Shown here piece by piece: positions 24,241-53,200 of a stretch of 64,000 bases of DNA. The notes beneath the pieces are model-generated. The model did no database searches, was not told where the DNA came from, and saw only the letters and a program-made list of their open reading frames with translations. Each line of letters starts with the position of its first letter. Position 1 is the first letter of the stretch. The position numbers and the translations under genes are program-made. This stretch comes from Macrostomum lignano. Taxonomy: Eukaryota. Location of the stretch: positions 124,001 through 188,000 of the forward strand of contig NIVC01000538.1 in the NCBI GenBank assembly GCA_002269645.1, written 5' to 3'.

Positions 24241-25382
24241 ATGGGTTACGAAGAAGGGATGGAAATGCAATAATTTCAACGGTCAGAAAGCGGTCTATCG
24301 GCAGAGTTCACAAGACATCAAATTTTAGCAAAATGAACCATGGAAAAGAAACAAACAAAATAAAATTGGCATCGCTTAGCCGAGAGATACTTTTAGCCAT
24401 AGACTAAGTAAAAGCAATGAATCAGATGCATATGCAGCACAACACAGAGCGCGATCATTTATTGAGCTTTTGCAATAAAAAACATTACAATCGATAGAGT
24501 AAAAAATCCATTCAATGTTGACTTTTGACGCAGTTTATGCAATTCGTACTGCGAAACACGTGCAGACAGCAGCCAGGAACTGGAAGATTCACGCTGCCAG
24601 TTCAATGTGCAGGCAATACTGAGCTCGGCAATTCATAGCCGGCATATGCCATGTACGATGCGAAAGATGTTCTCGAATAATTGTAGTCAGTCATGACCCA
24701 GCTCCAGCAGTGCATCATCAATGAAAAGTGTTAGCGGCAGTATTGAGTGTGACCGCTAGGCTGCAGTGTAATGATCAATATTCAGCTGGCTACCGTGAAG
24801 AAAGACGGCTCGCCAAATCTTTCGTATGGAAAAAATTTCCAAAGCTACTGAAAGTAGGCGGCTCGCATTTTTTCAAAGCAAAATATCTCTCAGCACAGTT
24901 AGTATGACAATCAAAGCAGATGATAGATCAGCTGATGGTTGTAAAAGTGGCGAAAAAAAGGTAAAAGAATCAGATACGAAAAGCAACTGGGATTCTGGGA
25001 ACCTACGCAGTAGATAGTTATAGAGACTCTTATGCATTCATAAACAGTATTGCAAGACCAAAGCATACAAGTGTACAATGTATACAGTACATACTGCAAA
25101 AGCAGATCAAATATTGAGGCTGACTAGACAAAACCAGCGCGTAATCACATAGTGAGAAGCCATCAGGAGAAATTTTATTCAATTAATTTATCACTCAATT
25201 TCCAAAACTAAATCTTGCACAAATACTCTTTATCAGCAGATAGGGAGCATGTACCGGCTGTGGATTAGCAATCCAGTTAGTATGTACACACGAGAGCCAA
25301 AGCCGCACTGTGACTTCATCGCCGGGACCAAAGGCAAAAACAGGGCTTTGTAGTCTTCCATTTTGACTGCTCAGGCAGCTGC

Positions 25383-40562
<15,180 letters not shown>

Positions 40563-43500
40563 CTTGAAAATTTGGCATTTTAGGGTAATCATTGAATGAC
40601 AGTTTTTCTAACTGTTTCTGAGATTTATTAAAATAAAATGAATCATAAGCAGTCATTAGCAACCAAAGCCAAATAAAAATGTGCAAGAACATTCCAACTG
40701 AGCTCTGGTAAAAAATTAATCTATACCTAAAATTAAATCTAATTTGAGACAAAATAAAAAAATTAAGGGTTGAAAGATAAGTTGATCTCTAATAGACTTC
40801 TAATAAAGTTTATCAGTTTTTAAAGTAAAAAACCTGCTATAAAAATATAGGATCAAAAGAGAACAATGATGCTTCAAATTTAAATTAAGATAAATCACAT
40901 AATATAAATAACTAAAAATGGCCTAAATTCAAAATGTATAAGATATAAATAACATTATGATTTATGGCACAGATAGGACTTTAGGAAGAAAATGAATTGC
41001 ATTGGAACAAATAAAAGGTTATTTATATTTTAGTGGAAATTGCCTAGTCTTAAATTAATCATTTCTAGTATTCTTTTAAAGGAAAAATGGCCATTACCTT
41101 ATTTACCTTCATTTGTACTATTATTCATTAAAATTTTTAAATAAGATTTTTTAAAATGTCTATCCCATGGTCTAATATCCAAGTTGATATTTTAAACTAT
41201 GTTTTAAAAAATATATACTTTAGCAATTGATTATTTTCTAAGCCAATTAATAATATTAACTATTTCAAATTTCTATAATTGCTACAAATTACCCAAACTA
41301 ATATTTAAAAAATGATCCTAATTTGCTTATATTAAGAACCATTGATCAAATTTATTTATTATCTAGATAAAAATAGCTAACTAACTTGCTTTATAAAATA
41401 TAAATACATACAACTTTTATGGCTATGGCTATGCCATAGCTAAATATCTGATTTATTTATCATTTAATTAGCATTTAAATCTCAAGTGAATTCTTGCTAG
41501 TTGTCTCTAAACAGTACGATTAGACTCAATATAATACTCTAAGAAAAGAAATATTAATACAAAAATTCATAAAGAATTTATAATTCTAGGATAAGAATTA
41601 TGTTGAATTTTGTGTTGAATTATGTTGAATTATGGTGAACTTTATGTTGAATTATATAGCTATACAATTAGGCTTTGTTTCAGTGCATTACCTATTACAG
41701 TTAAAAAACAACATAATTTTTTTGAAAAACCAATAATGAAGAGTGAAGACTGTGTATATGTATGTATATATAAATATTTATTGTGTTGTCTCAGTAAAAA
41801 AAATAGATTTTTAGACTTACCTTTGCAAAGCTCATTCTAAGTTATGATAAATTGCTTCTGATTTCAGTAGAAAGTAGGGGATGAAAATTTAAAGAGCATA
41901 GGCTTGCTTAAATTCTGACCTACGCTACGATTTTAAACAGAATTTAAAAGCAATCCATAAAATTAGATAACTTTATATGCAAACATTGAATTAATTTAAC
42001 AGAAATAATTTTTCTCAGAAAAAATTATCGTGCCAAAAATGACAAAAAAGCAGTTAAACAATTTTTTACTCGTATTGGTGATTGAAACGGAATATTGAAT
42101 CAAATAAAAATATAAAACAACTAATATTTTGTGTTGCTTTCTGTTAAAAGATATTTGATAGTAAATATTGCCGTTTTCATATGTACAGTCTGCTCTTTGT
42201 GATTTAGTCTAACAAAATGCACCTCACCGGCCAGATATGCCATTGCCACTTTTGCGCATACACCAGCGCCACGCGCATGCCGCACCCAAGGACTTCTAGA
42301 CTAGCAGGACGTAAAACTCAAAGATCGTGTAAATTTTTAGGAGGACGATTTCCTGGAAAAAATACACTGCGGAGATAGGAGCAAATCATTTTTTCATCAC
42401 AAAATCAATGATTGCATTTGATCTAAGGCAGCTAAGATAACCATTCTTTTTATTTAGCACGCACAACATGTTACTCTATTATATTTTAATGTAGTTGTGT
42501 CTTGAAAGTTTCATCTTCATATTATTTTCTTTTTATTTCATAAGCCCCAAGTTGCAAAATACTCACAAGTGGCATTAGCCGAACTTTGTATTTTTCCTTT
42601 TTAAAATCAAGTATATTTGCAATAAAAATGCTGCATTACGGTACTATTAAGCCATTATTGTAGGTATAATTCCATTTCAATGTAGTAACTATACTAATAG
42701 ACCTGTCTATGTAGTTAAATATATAAGGACAATATTTACAATATGCCCCACCATTTTCATTTTTCTTGTTTTACCTAGGCCTCAAGTCTTTAGAAAGCTA
42801 TCAGTTTTTTAAGCTAGACCTGCATATATAGGACCAAGAATATAGTCATATAGACCTAGGCACAAAAACAAGCTCTAACCATTTTTACTAAGTAGGCCTA
42901 TCTATAAGAAATATTCTAGATTTTTTTAGTATTTAACTTTTAATATTATTATTATTATTATTATTAAATTGCAAGTTTTATAGGTTAAAATGTGTTAATA
43001 AGAAATATATTTGCATTAATAATTAACAAAATAAATAGATTAGTCGTTAGAAAAGGTAAATGTTAAATAATAGTTTAAGAAAAAGGAATTTGTTAAAATA
43101 GTTTTATATGTGTACTATTTTAAGTTTAAATTACTTTTTTAGCTAAAAATTTACATCATATAGTAGTAAAACTTCTAATTGAATTTTTGTACCTTTTGCT
43201 TATGTATTAGCTTTTTTTTATGTTGACTTATATATTAAAATACAATTGACAACCTTTGATAATATTTATTTTTGCATTAACCCTGAACAATTAAATTCTT
43301 TATATTTCAACATATTTTGTTTCTGCTGCCAGCAACAAGCCTCAATTGCCACTGCCTGATTTTCAGCCTACATTCTGAGCTTATCTACTAGCTGTGTATT
43401 GGCGAATGCTTCATGTTTGATCAACCTAATGATTGCATTATGGCATTCCATGTCCTGCTCACTTGTCACAACTCAGTGACCTAGCCTGCCACCCAAAAAG

Positions 43501-44224
43501 CTAGGCAGGCTGGTTGGTTTTGTGCTGGCAATTGGTTTGGTTGTCAACATACAGAAGATTGCTGTGCTCTAGTAACCAGACAACATCAAGCTTTGAGGCT
43601 ATTCTACTGTGCACTGCATTCAAGATGAGCAACTGCAGTTCTTTAACTGCTTGCTGGCTGACACTAGCACTTCAAGACTCATTGGCACTACCTTAATTTT
43701 TGCTGGTGATGTCTTTCTTATAAATAACTCAAAGTTAATAACTTCTCTTTCACCTTAGTAAATAAAAAAGACAAGACTTTTTTTCATTTCAAATGAATTT
43801 TATTTTGTTTCACAGATCTGAAATGTGAACTTTCAACTGTTTTGACTTGCAAAGAATGTAAGATGTAATTTATAATATATATACAGTGCATTGAAACATT
43901 AAAAGAGCAATGTATAGATACATTCTTTATACATACTGATGTAGAAAATAGAAAATGTTCTTTGTTTTTGAATTGGTTTTTTGCAATGTTTGATGTTTCA
44001 GAAATGGAAAAATAAACCAGGCACAAAGATGCACAGCTCATAATATGCAACTGCAAGGGCAAAATTGAGTAAATATTTTGTATGACATGGTACTTGTATC
44101 TATGAAGTAAATCAAAAGTAAATCAGAAAAGTAAATTTAAATACTGTAAAGGCTTGGCTTAATTTGGAGGTCGAAATATGAGTATAATAACCAGCAGTGT
44201 AGTGTTAAGTGTTTACCAGGCATA

Positions 44225-44400
44225 GCATGCCTGGGCGCAACCTAGGGATTCACCCGGCCGCCTCTATTGGCAACACACACATGTAAGTTGCTATTGGATG
44301 GAATAGTAGTCACGTGACTATTCTCAGCCAATAGCAACTTACATGTGTGTTGCCAATAGAAACGGCCGAGTGATTCCCCAGGTTGCGCATGTATGCGGCA
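44225..44400. mobile_element. Palindromic MITE-like insert, copy 1
   Basis: Arms gcaacctagggattcacccggcc...ctattggcaacacaca.atgtaagttgctattgg and their reverse complement around a 30-nt core. Confidence 0.75.
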
Positions 44401-46159
44401 TAGAATTTTTTTGTGGAACTAACAGTGCAGTTGGATTGTCATGGCCATGTGGAGTTTTATGCACGGGGTTAGTGAGGAGCACTACATCCAGGCAATGCGT
44501 GGGCGGCCTTAGCTCCAATGGCTGCGCAACTTGTAGCTAAACTAAACAGAAAAGCAGATATCAGTATTTAAAAAGAGAAAAAATTGGCAAATTAGCAAGT
44601 ACCATGAAGCTTATTTGCTTCAATTAATTTTGCACAGTTGGCCTACAGTGGCTGAAATTGGACTATCTATCAGACTCAGTCTTGCCGCACTATACCCTTA
44701 AAACATTAGTCAGCTTTCTTGAGATGTGGCATAGCAGATCAGGTTCAATGGCATGTCTATGAAGATCGCATCCTACATCGCTAAGACCACTAAAGTGAGA
44801 CCTCAATGTTATGTGGGGTGAAGGACATGGGCATTGCTTCTCAGTGTGCAGTTCCTGCTGGCCAGTTATAGATATAGTGAATTCCATTTCCAATGCTCAG
44901 TTGCAGCTGCCAGATGAAAAATGATTAACAATCAGGTGGGCTCCAAATTCTTTCCAAGGTTGGCACCAGGCTCTACCAGCATGCTTGAGATTGCTTTCCA
45001 TGGCCTCCAATTGAGACTATCGCTCTAGTTGATGTTGGAAGCCCAAAAATGCAAAACTTTGACTTGAGTGCTGCAATGATGAGCAATAGGCCTAGTGCTG
45101 GAGTCCATCCACCACACTAAAATGTTGGTAGGTATGGGCAATGGTAAAATGAGAAATTTTGTCTTTTCATTGGAATGAACTTTCCTGAAAGGTTATACCA
45201 TAAATTTTTGCTACAAACTATGCCATCATAAATTTAGGGAAACTAGCCATGTAAAAGGTAAGGATATATCATCTTTTGCCCCAACCACATTGACCCTTGC
45301 TTTTTACTAACCCTTATCCATATATTAAAAAAAACAACATTTAGAAAATTTACTCACTTGCTAAAGTCAAATGTAATGAAGACCTTGTGGTGTCAGGAAA
45401 GACACTTTGTGGATCACTTTAATTGGTATCCAAAAGTATATCATCTTGTGCAATGGCATTTTAGCAGGTTGATGCTTTGCAAAAATTTCCACTGAAGTCA
45501 GATAGGCACATGAAAGATCAAAGGATTAAGTATGTCAAATACAATGCTAGACATAATTTATATCATAAGGAAATCTGTTTGAAATCTAACAAGATTAGAT
45601 TTTGCAGCCTTTTGTCTAAAATGGTTGCTAGTGTAAGTTACTACCAAAAATTTAATTGGCATGATAACTATCTATCTATTAAGATAGATGATAGGATAAT
45701 ATATTGGTACAAAATACTTATAGTAAAATTAAAGATTATTGAATAAAAATGTAACAATTAGACATCTAAGTACTATTTAGTATTTGGATTAGACCCTAAT
45801 AGCCAAAATCTAAGTTATTAAATAATGCTAATTAAAAAATCATATTTACCTATAAAAAATAAAATTAAAACTGAATATAGATAACTAAATTAATAAACAA
45901 ATTTTAAATTAATACTAAAAACTAGATTTTCATTGTCAATTATTAGAGCCAGCTTAGTTTTATAAATAGATATAAGGTAGTAAAATGAATAGGCCTAAAT
46001 ATTCCTAGTTTCAAAGCTTTATGAGTGCAATAAGGCCTAGGCCTAGTTTCAATAGTAAATAAATGCTAAAGTTAAGATAAATGTGGGCATGCAGTATTGT
46101 ATTACCCATTTTTAGTTTATAATAAAAGACCTATCATAATAATCTAATAATTAGGCCTA

Positions 46160-46345
46160 TCATGCTTGGGTGCAACCTAGGGATTCACCCGGCCATTTCT
46201 ATTGGCAACACACATATATAAGTTGCTATTGGCTGAGAGCAATCATGTGACTACTATTCCATCCAATAGCAACTTACATGTGTGTGTTCTGTGTTGCCAA
46301 TAGAAATGGCCGAGTGATTCCCAGGGTTGCGCATGTATGAGGCCT
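46160..46345. mobile_element. Palindromic MITE-like insert, copy 2
   Basis: Same arms as copy 1, with the core inverted. Confidence 0.75.
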
Positions 46346-48541
46346 ATGATTCAAATATGATATGAAATATACCATTACAAACTAAAATTGCAATTTTAAA
46401 GGTATTATATTCAACAAAATATATAATTCAAGGAAGGTAAACCTAAACCAGCTGGGTGCTAGGCCTAGTTTATATAGTATAGTGTATTCAAATTTGCAAT
46501 AAAAAATTAAAAATCTAAGCCTAATTAAAAGTGTAAAAACCTAGAAAAAAGGTTAGTGCCCATTTTTGTGACTAGGCCTAGGCCCTAACCATTTTTTTCT
46601 GTCTGGCTTTCAGGTAAAAACTGATAGCTTTCTAAAGACTTGAGGCCTAGGTAAAACAAGAAAAATGAAAATGGTGGGGGCATATTGTAAATATTGTCCT
46701 TATATATTTAACTACATAGACAGGTCTATTAGTATAGTTACTACATTGAAATGGAATTATACCTACAATAATGGCTTAATATTACCGTAATGCAGCATTT
46801 TTATTGCAAATATACTTGATTTTAAAAAGGAAAAATACAAAGTTCGGCTAATGCCACTTGTGAGTATTTTGCAACTTGGGGCTTATGAAATAAAAAGAAA
46901 ATAATATGAAGATGAAACTTTCAAGACACAACTACATTAAAATATAATAGAGTAACATGTTGTGCGTGCTAAATAAAAAGAATGGTTATCTTAGCTGCCT
47001 TAGATCAAATGCAATCATTGATTTTGTGATGAAAAAATGATTTGCTCCTATCTCCGCAGTGTATTTTTTCCAGGAAATCGTCCTCCTAAAAATTTACACG
47101 ATCTTTGAGTTTTACGTCCTGCTAGTCTAGAAGTCCTTGGCCGCACCATAGTGATGGCCAATGGGCCAATGGCCCAATCCCAATGTTATGTTATGTTATG
47201 GCTACACCACCGTCTTTAATTGATAAAGTAAATTGATAAGAAAACGGAAACGGGAAATATTCTACAGTAAGTAATAAAGCTGCAAGAATAAAATGTGACA
47301 GGTCATACGAGCGTATTGATCGAAATTATAGTTTCGGGATTGGCTTAAATAGCTAAGCTAATCTTGACGGGTGGTAACTACAATTCTTGCAAATGGAAAC
47401 AGCTTTTTGTTTGCATGTTAGAGGACATGATTGATATTACGCACGATGTCTAAAAATTGCCCTAAATATAGAGATATAGAATTTCCATTCTCATGTTCAC
47501 AGACATATTAGCGTATTTATTGTTTTGCAAATGCATAAGGAAATAAACTGTGTGTTGTGATAAGTATCAAAGGTTAAATAGTCCATATACTAAAAATAGC
47601 AACTATATGCACAGTATCAGGAAGTATTGAGCATCTTGAGCAGGGGTCAGCAATTTTTTTTACTTCAAGGGCCAGATAGAGAACCTAGTGCATGACTGCG
47701 GGCCAGAAGAGGGGAGAGAGAGAAGGGCCAGAGAAAATAGAGAAGAGAGATGATCGAGAGATATGAGAAAGGGATCGAGGCAAGGGAAGAGAGGAGAGAG
47801 GAGAGAGAGAGAAGAGGAGAGAAGAGAGAGGACAGAAAAGAAAAAGAGATCATTAGAGAGAAGACAGCTAGCTGAGAAGAGACACGAACCATTGGTGGCA
47901 GGATTGCTATTGTGAAGTTTTAAAGGACCGTGAGAGCCCGATAGAGAGGCTTCGCGGGGAGGCTGCGCATGTGGCCGACCCCAGATTTTGAGAATCCGAG
48001 TCATGAGCATGCAAGGGAGGGATTCGTTTATTAGCACGCCAATATTACAACCACCTGCAGTAAGTACACAAGCGTTTGTTTCCCTATAAATACATGTACT
48101 TAGCCACTCCTGGGTGGCTACAGCCCTGATTGTTACAACAGTCTGGCTTAATTCTCTTACTTGAAGTCTTTCACATTTCTGACTTCCAGCAAGATATGAA
48201 ATTGTGGATTCGATAGCCTGACCCTTTCGTCTGAATTGCTGCAACAACGATCGATAAATTCTTCTTCGCTGTTTGCATTGTCTATGGCCGTCCGCACGGT
48301 TCGGAGCTGATGAAGCTAGTTCGGACCATAGAGAGACAGAGGTCCTGTGCAACTTTGTCTTAGCCTGCAGTGTAGAGGCGCGAAGCCAAGTGGACTTTTA
48401 GCTCTAGCCCGGCTGTAGGTAAATTTGCGGCACCAGCGAGGCATCTTCATTCGCGGTACGCACCGGTAGCTACTTAAAAGGACAGACAGAGCTGCCCAGC
48501 TAATCAGACAAGCCAAGACTCAGGAACCACTCGAACCGAGC

Positions 48542-49906
48542 ATGCGCGAGTGCATCTCAATTCACGTTGGTCAAGCCGGCATTCAGATCGGCAACGCCTG
48601 CTGGGAGCTCTACTGTCTGGAGCATGGCATCCAACCCGACGGTCTCATGATGGCCGGCAGAGAGAAATGCGACGACTCACAGGAACCGTTTTTCTCCGAA
48701 ACTCCCAGTGGCCACTACGTGCCGCGCACCATCTTCGTGGACCTGGAGCCCACCGTGGTTGACGAGGTGCGAAACGGCACCTACCGCCAGCTGTTCCACC
48801 CGGAGCAGCTCATCTCAGGCAAGGAGGACGCCGCCAACAACTACGCCAGAGGCCACTACACAGTCGGCAAGGAGCTGATTGGCAACGTGCGGGAGATCGT
48901 CAACCGGCTGGCGGAGAACTGCGCCGCCTTGCAGGGCTTCCTGATCTTTCACTCGTTTGGCGGCGGCACGGGCGCCGGCTTCACCTCGCTGCTGTGCGAC
49001 CGGCTGTCGTCCGAGTACGGCAAGCGAGCGAAGCTGCAGTTCGCCGTCTACCCGGCGCCGCAGATTTCTACGGCCGTGGTGGAGCCCTACAACGCCATCT
49101 TGTGCACCCACGGCACCCTGCCGCATACCGACGTCGCCTTTATGGTAGACAACGAGGCCATATACGATATCTGCCGAAGGAATCTGGAAATCGAGAGACC
49201 GACCTACACCAACCTGAACCGCCTGATTGCGCAGGTGGTATCTTCAATAACCGTGTCCCTGCGGTTCGATGGCTCGCTCAATGTGGACATCACCGAGTTC
49301 CAGACCAACCTCGTGCCCTACCCGAAGATCCACTTCCCACTGGCTACCTATGCTCCCATCATTTCCACGGAGAAGGCAAATCACGAGGCGCTGAAAGTCA
49401 AGGACATCACGAACGCGTGCTTTGAGGCTAGCAACCAGATGGTGAAGTGCGACCCCCGGCACGGAAAGTACATGGCCTGCTGCCTGCTGTACCGGGGCGA
49501 CGTCAACTCGAATGAAATCAATCATTCGATCCAGAAGATCAAGAACAAGCGCGAGATCCAGTTCGTGGACTGGTGCCCCACCGGCTTCAAGGTCGGCATC
49601 AACTACCAGCCGCCCGTCGCGGTGCCCGGAGGCGACCTCGCGAAGGTGCCTCGAGCGGTCTGCATGCTGAGCAACACCACCGCCATTGCCGAGGCCTGGG
49701 ACCGGCTGGCGTACAAGTTCGACCTCATGTACTCGAAGCGCGCCTTCGTGCACTGGTACGTCGGCGAGGGCATGGAGGAGGGCGAGTTCGCCGAGGCCCG
49801 CGAGGAACTCGGCTCCATGCAGAAGGACTACGAAGAGGTCGGAGTGGACAGCGTGGAGGGTGAGGAAGAGGAAGTCGAAGAGTTCAACAAAGATAAGGAC
49901 GAATAA
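48542..49906 (+). CDS. TUBA: Alpha-tubulin, intronless and divergent, 454 aa
   Basis: [68 protein letters not shown]; AATAAA at 49990. Confidence 0.97.
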   Translation: MRECISIHVGQAGIQIGNACWELYCLEHGIQPDGLMMAGREKCDDSQEPFFSETPSGHYVPRTIFVDLEPTVVDEVRNGTYRQLFHPEQLISGKEDAANNYARGHYTVGKELIGNVREIVNRLAENCAALQGFLIFHSFGGGTGAGFTSLLCDRLSSEYGKRAKLQFAVYPAPQISTAVVEPYNAILCTHGTLPHTDVAFMVDNEAIYDICRRNLEIERPTYTNLNRLIAQVVSSITVSLRFDGSLNVDITEFQTNLVPYPKIHFPLATYAPIISTEKANHEALKVKDITNACFEASNQMVKCDPRHGKYMACCLLYRGDVNSNEINHSIQKIKNKREIQFVDWCPTGFKVGINYQPPVAVPGGDLAKVPRAVCMLSNTTAIAEAWDRLAYKFDLMYSKRAFVHWYVGEGMEEGEFAEAREELGSMQKDYEEVGVDSVEGEEEEVEEFNKDKDE

Positions 49907-50239
49907 GGCTGTTCTGCTTCCGCTGGTTCACCCAGCTGTGTTTGTGGACCTGCCGCCAAGGTGTTAGACTGTTGCTACGAGATACAAGTAATAAAATATG
50001 AAGTACTTTTAGCGGCACATTTGAATTTTAGTACATGTGGATTTAGTATAGGAGACTTTATGTTGCATTGCATTGCAGTGCCTGCCCATTCAAAATATTT
50101 TGTTTTTTTATGAAAGACTAAATATACAGTGCAAAACTACACTTTGCTTTTATCTCAGCAGTCACAGCTCACAGCGTTTTACTGCACCGCCAAGCACTGG
50201 CCACTGCTGTTGATTCTTTAAATAGCTGAGAATTGGATA

Positions 50240-53200
50240 GCACACCTGGAACTCCTGTTCAATACTGGCACACCTGGAACTCCTGTTCAGTACTGGCACA
50301 CCTGGAACTCCTGTTCAGTACTGGCACACCTGGAACCCCTGTTCAATACTGGCACACCTGGAACCCCTGTTCAATACTGGCACACCTGGAACTCCTGTTT
50401 AACACTGGCACACCTGGAACTCCTGTTTAACACTGGCACACCTGGAACTCCTGTTCAGTAATGGCACACCTGGAACTCCTGTTTAACACTGGCACACCTG
50501 GAACTCCTGTTCAGTACTGGCACACCTGGAACTCCTGTTTAACACTGGCACACCTGGAACTCCTGTTCAGTAATAGCACACCTGGAACTCATGTTTAACA
50601 CTGGCACACCTGGAACTCATGTTCAGTAATGGCACACCTGGAACTCCTGTTTAACACTGGCACACCTGGAACTCCTGTTCAGTATTGGCACACCTGGAAC
50701 TCCTGTTTAACACTGGCACACCTGGAACTCCTGTTCAGTAATAGCACACCTGGAACTCATGTTTAACACTGGCACACCTGGAACTCATGTTCAGTACTGG
50801 CACACCTGGAACTCCTGTTTAACACTGGCACACCTGGAACTCCTGTTCAGTAATAGCACACCTGGAACTCCTGTTCAGTACTGGCACACCTGGAACTCCT
50901 GTTCAGTACTGGCACACCTGGAACTCCTGTTTAACACTGGCACACCTGGAACTCCTGTTCAGTAATAGCACACCTGGAACTCATGTTTAACACTGGCACA
51001 CCTGGAACTCCTGTTCAGTACTGGCACACCTGGAACTCCTGTTTAACACTGGCACACCTGGAACTCCTGTTCAGTAATAGCACACCTGGAACTCCTGTTC
51101 AGTACTGGCACACCTGGAACTCCTGTTCAGTACTGGCACACCTGGAACTCCTGTTTAACACTGGCACACCTGGAACTCCTGTTCAGTAATAGCACACCTG
51201 GAACTCCTGTTCAGTACTGGCACACCTGGAACTCCTGTTCAGTACTGGCACACCTGGAACTCCTGTTTAACACTGGCACACCTGGAACTCCTGTTCAGTA
51301 ATAGCACACCTGGAACTCCTGTTCAATACTGGCACACCTGGAACTCCTGTTCAATACTGGCACATCTGGAACTCCTGTTTAGTACTGGCACACCTGGAAC
51401 TCCTGTTCAGTACTGGCACACCTGGAACTCCTGTTCAGTACTGGCACACCTGGAACTCCTGTTCAGTAATGGCACACCTGGAACTCCTGTTCAGTACTGG
51501 CACACCTGGAACTCCTATTCAATACTGGCACACCTGGAACTCCTGTTCAGTACTGGCACACCTGGAACTCTTGTTCAGTAATGGCACACCTGGAACTCTT
51601 GTTCAGTAATGGCACACCTGGAACTCCTGTTCAATACTGGCACACCTGGAACTCCTGTTCAGTACTTGCACACCTAGAACTCCTGTTCAGTACTGGCACA
51701 CCTGGAACTCCTGTTCAGTACTGGCACACCTGGAACTCTTGTTCAGTAATGGCACACCTGGAACTCCTGTTCAATACTGGCACACCTGGAACTCCTGTTC
51801 AGTACTTGCACACCTGGAACTCCTGTTCAGTACTGGCACACCTGGAACTCCTGTTCAGTACTGGCACACCTGGAACTCTTGTTCAATACTGGCACACCTG
51901 GAACTCCTGTTTAACACTGGCACACCTGGAACTCCTGTTCAGTACTGGCACACCTGGAACTCCTGTTCAGTAATGGCACACCTGGAACTCCTGTTCAATA
52001 CTGGCACACCTGGAACTCCTGTTCAGTACTTGCACACCTGAAACTCCTGTTCAGTACTGGCACACCTGGAACTCCTATTCAATACTGGCACACCTGGAAC
52101 TCCTGTTCAGTACTGGCACACCTGGAACTCTTGTTCAGTAATGGCACACCTGGAACTCTTGTTCAGTAATGGCACACCTGGAACTCCTGTTCAATACTGG
52201 CACACCTGGAACTCCTGTTCAGTACTTGCACACCTGGAACTCCTGTTCAGTACTGGCACACCTGGAACTCCTGTTCAGTACTGGCACACCTGGAACTCTT
52301 GTTCAGTAATGGCACACCTGGAACTCCTGTTCAATACTGGCACACCTGGAACTCCTGTTCAGTACTTGCACACCTGGAACTCCTGTTCAGTACTGGCACA
52401 CCTGGAACTCCTGTTCAGTACTGGCACACCTGGAACTCTTGTTCAATACTGGCACACCTGGAACTCCTGTTTAACACTGGCACACCTGGAACTCCTGTTC
52501 AGTACTGGCACACCTGGAACTCCTGTTCAGTAATGGCACACCTGGAACTCCTGTTCAATACTGGCACACCTGGAACTCCTGTTCAGTACTTGCACACCTG
52601 GAACTCCTGTTCAGTACTGGCACACCTGGAACTCCTGTTCAGTAATAGCACACCTGGAACTCCTGTTCAGTACTGGCACACCTGGAACTCTTGTTCAGTA
52701 ATGGCACACCTGGAACTCTTGTTCAGTAATGGCACACCTGGAACTCCTGTTCAATACTGGCACACCTGGAACTCCTGTTCAGTACTTGCACACCTAGAAC
52801 TCCTGTTCAGTACTGGCACACCTGGAACTCCTGTTCAGTACTGGCACACCTGGAACTCTTGTTCAGTAATGGCACACCTGGAACTCCTGTTCAATACTGG
52901 CACACCTGGAACTCCTGTTCAGTACTTGCACACCTGGAACTCCTGTTCAGTACTGGCACACCTGGAACTCCTGTTCAGTACTGGCACACCTGGAACTCTT
53001 GTTCAATACTGGCACACCTGGAACTCCTGTTTAACACTGGCACACCTGGAACTCCTGTTCAGTACTGGCACACCTGGAACTCCTGTTCAGTAATGGCACA
53101 CCTGGAACTCCTGTTCAATACTGGCACACCTGGAACTCCTGTTCAGTACTTGCACACCTGGAACTCCTGTTCAGTACTGGCACACCTGGAACTCCTGTTC

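Larger units (their letters stand above)
42287..47139. mobile_element. 4.85-kb non-autonomous DNA transposon with ~520-bp TIRs and an 8-bp TSD
   Basis: Starts caaggacttctagactagcaggacg and ends cgtcctgctagtctagaagtccttg. TSD gccgcacc at 42279-42286 and 47140-47147. TIRs 42287-42809 and ~46616-47139 are near identical where I compared them. No intact transposase ORF. Confidence 0.9.

Noticed and set aside
48550-49967. Overlapping alternative-frame and antisense ORFs in tubulin, CHP, SNX and innexin exons
   Set aside because: Expected by-products of GC3-rich coding sequence; no independent motifs.
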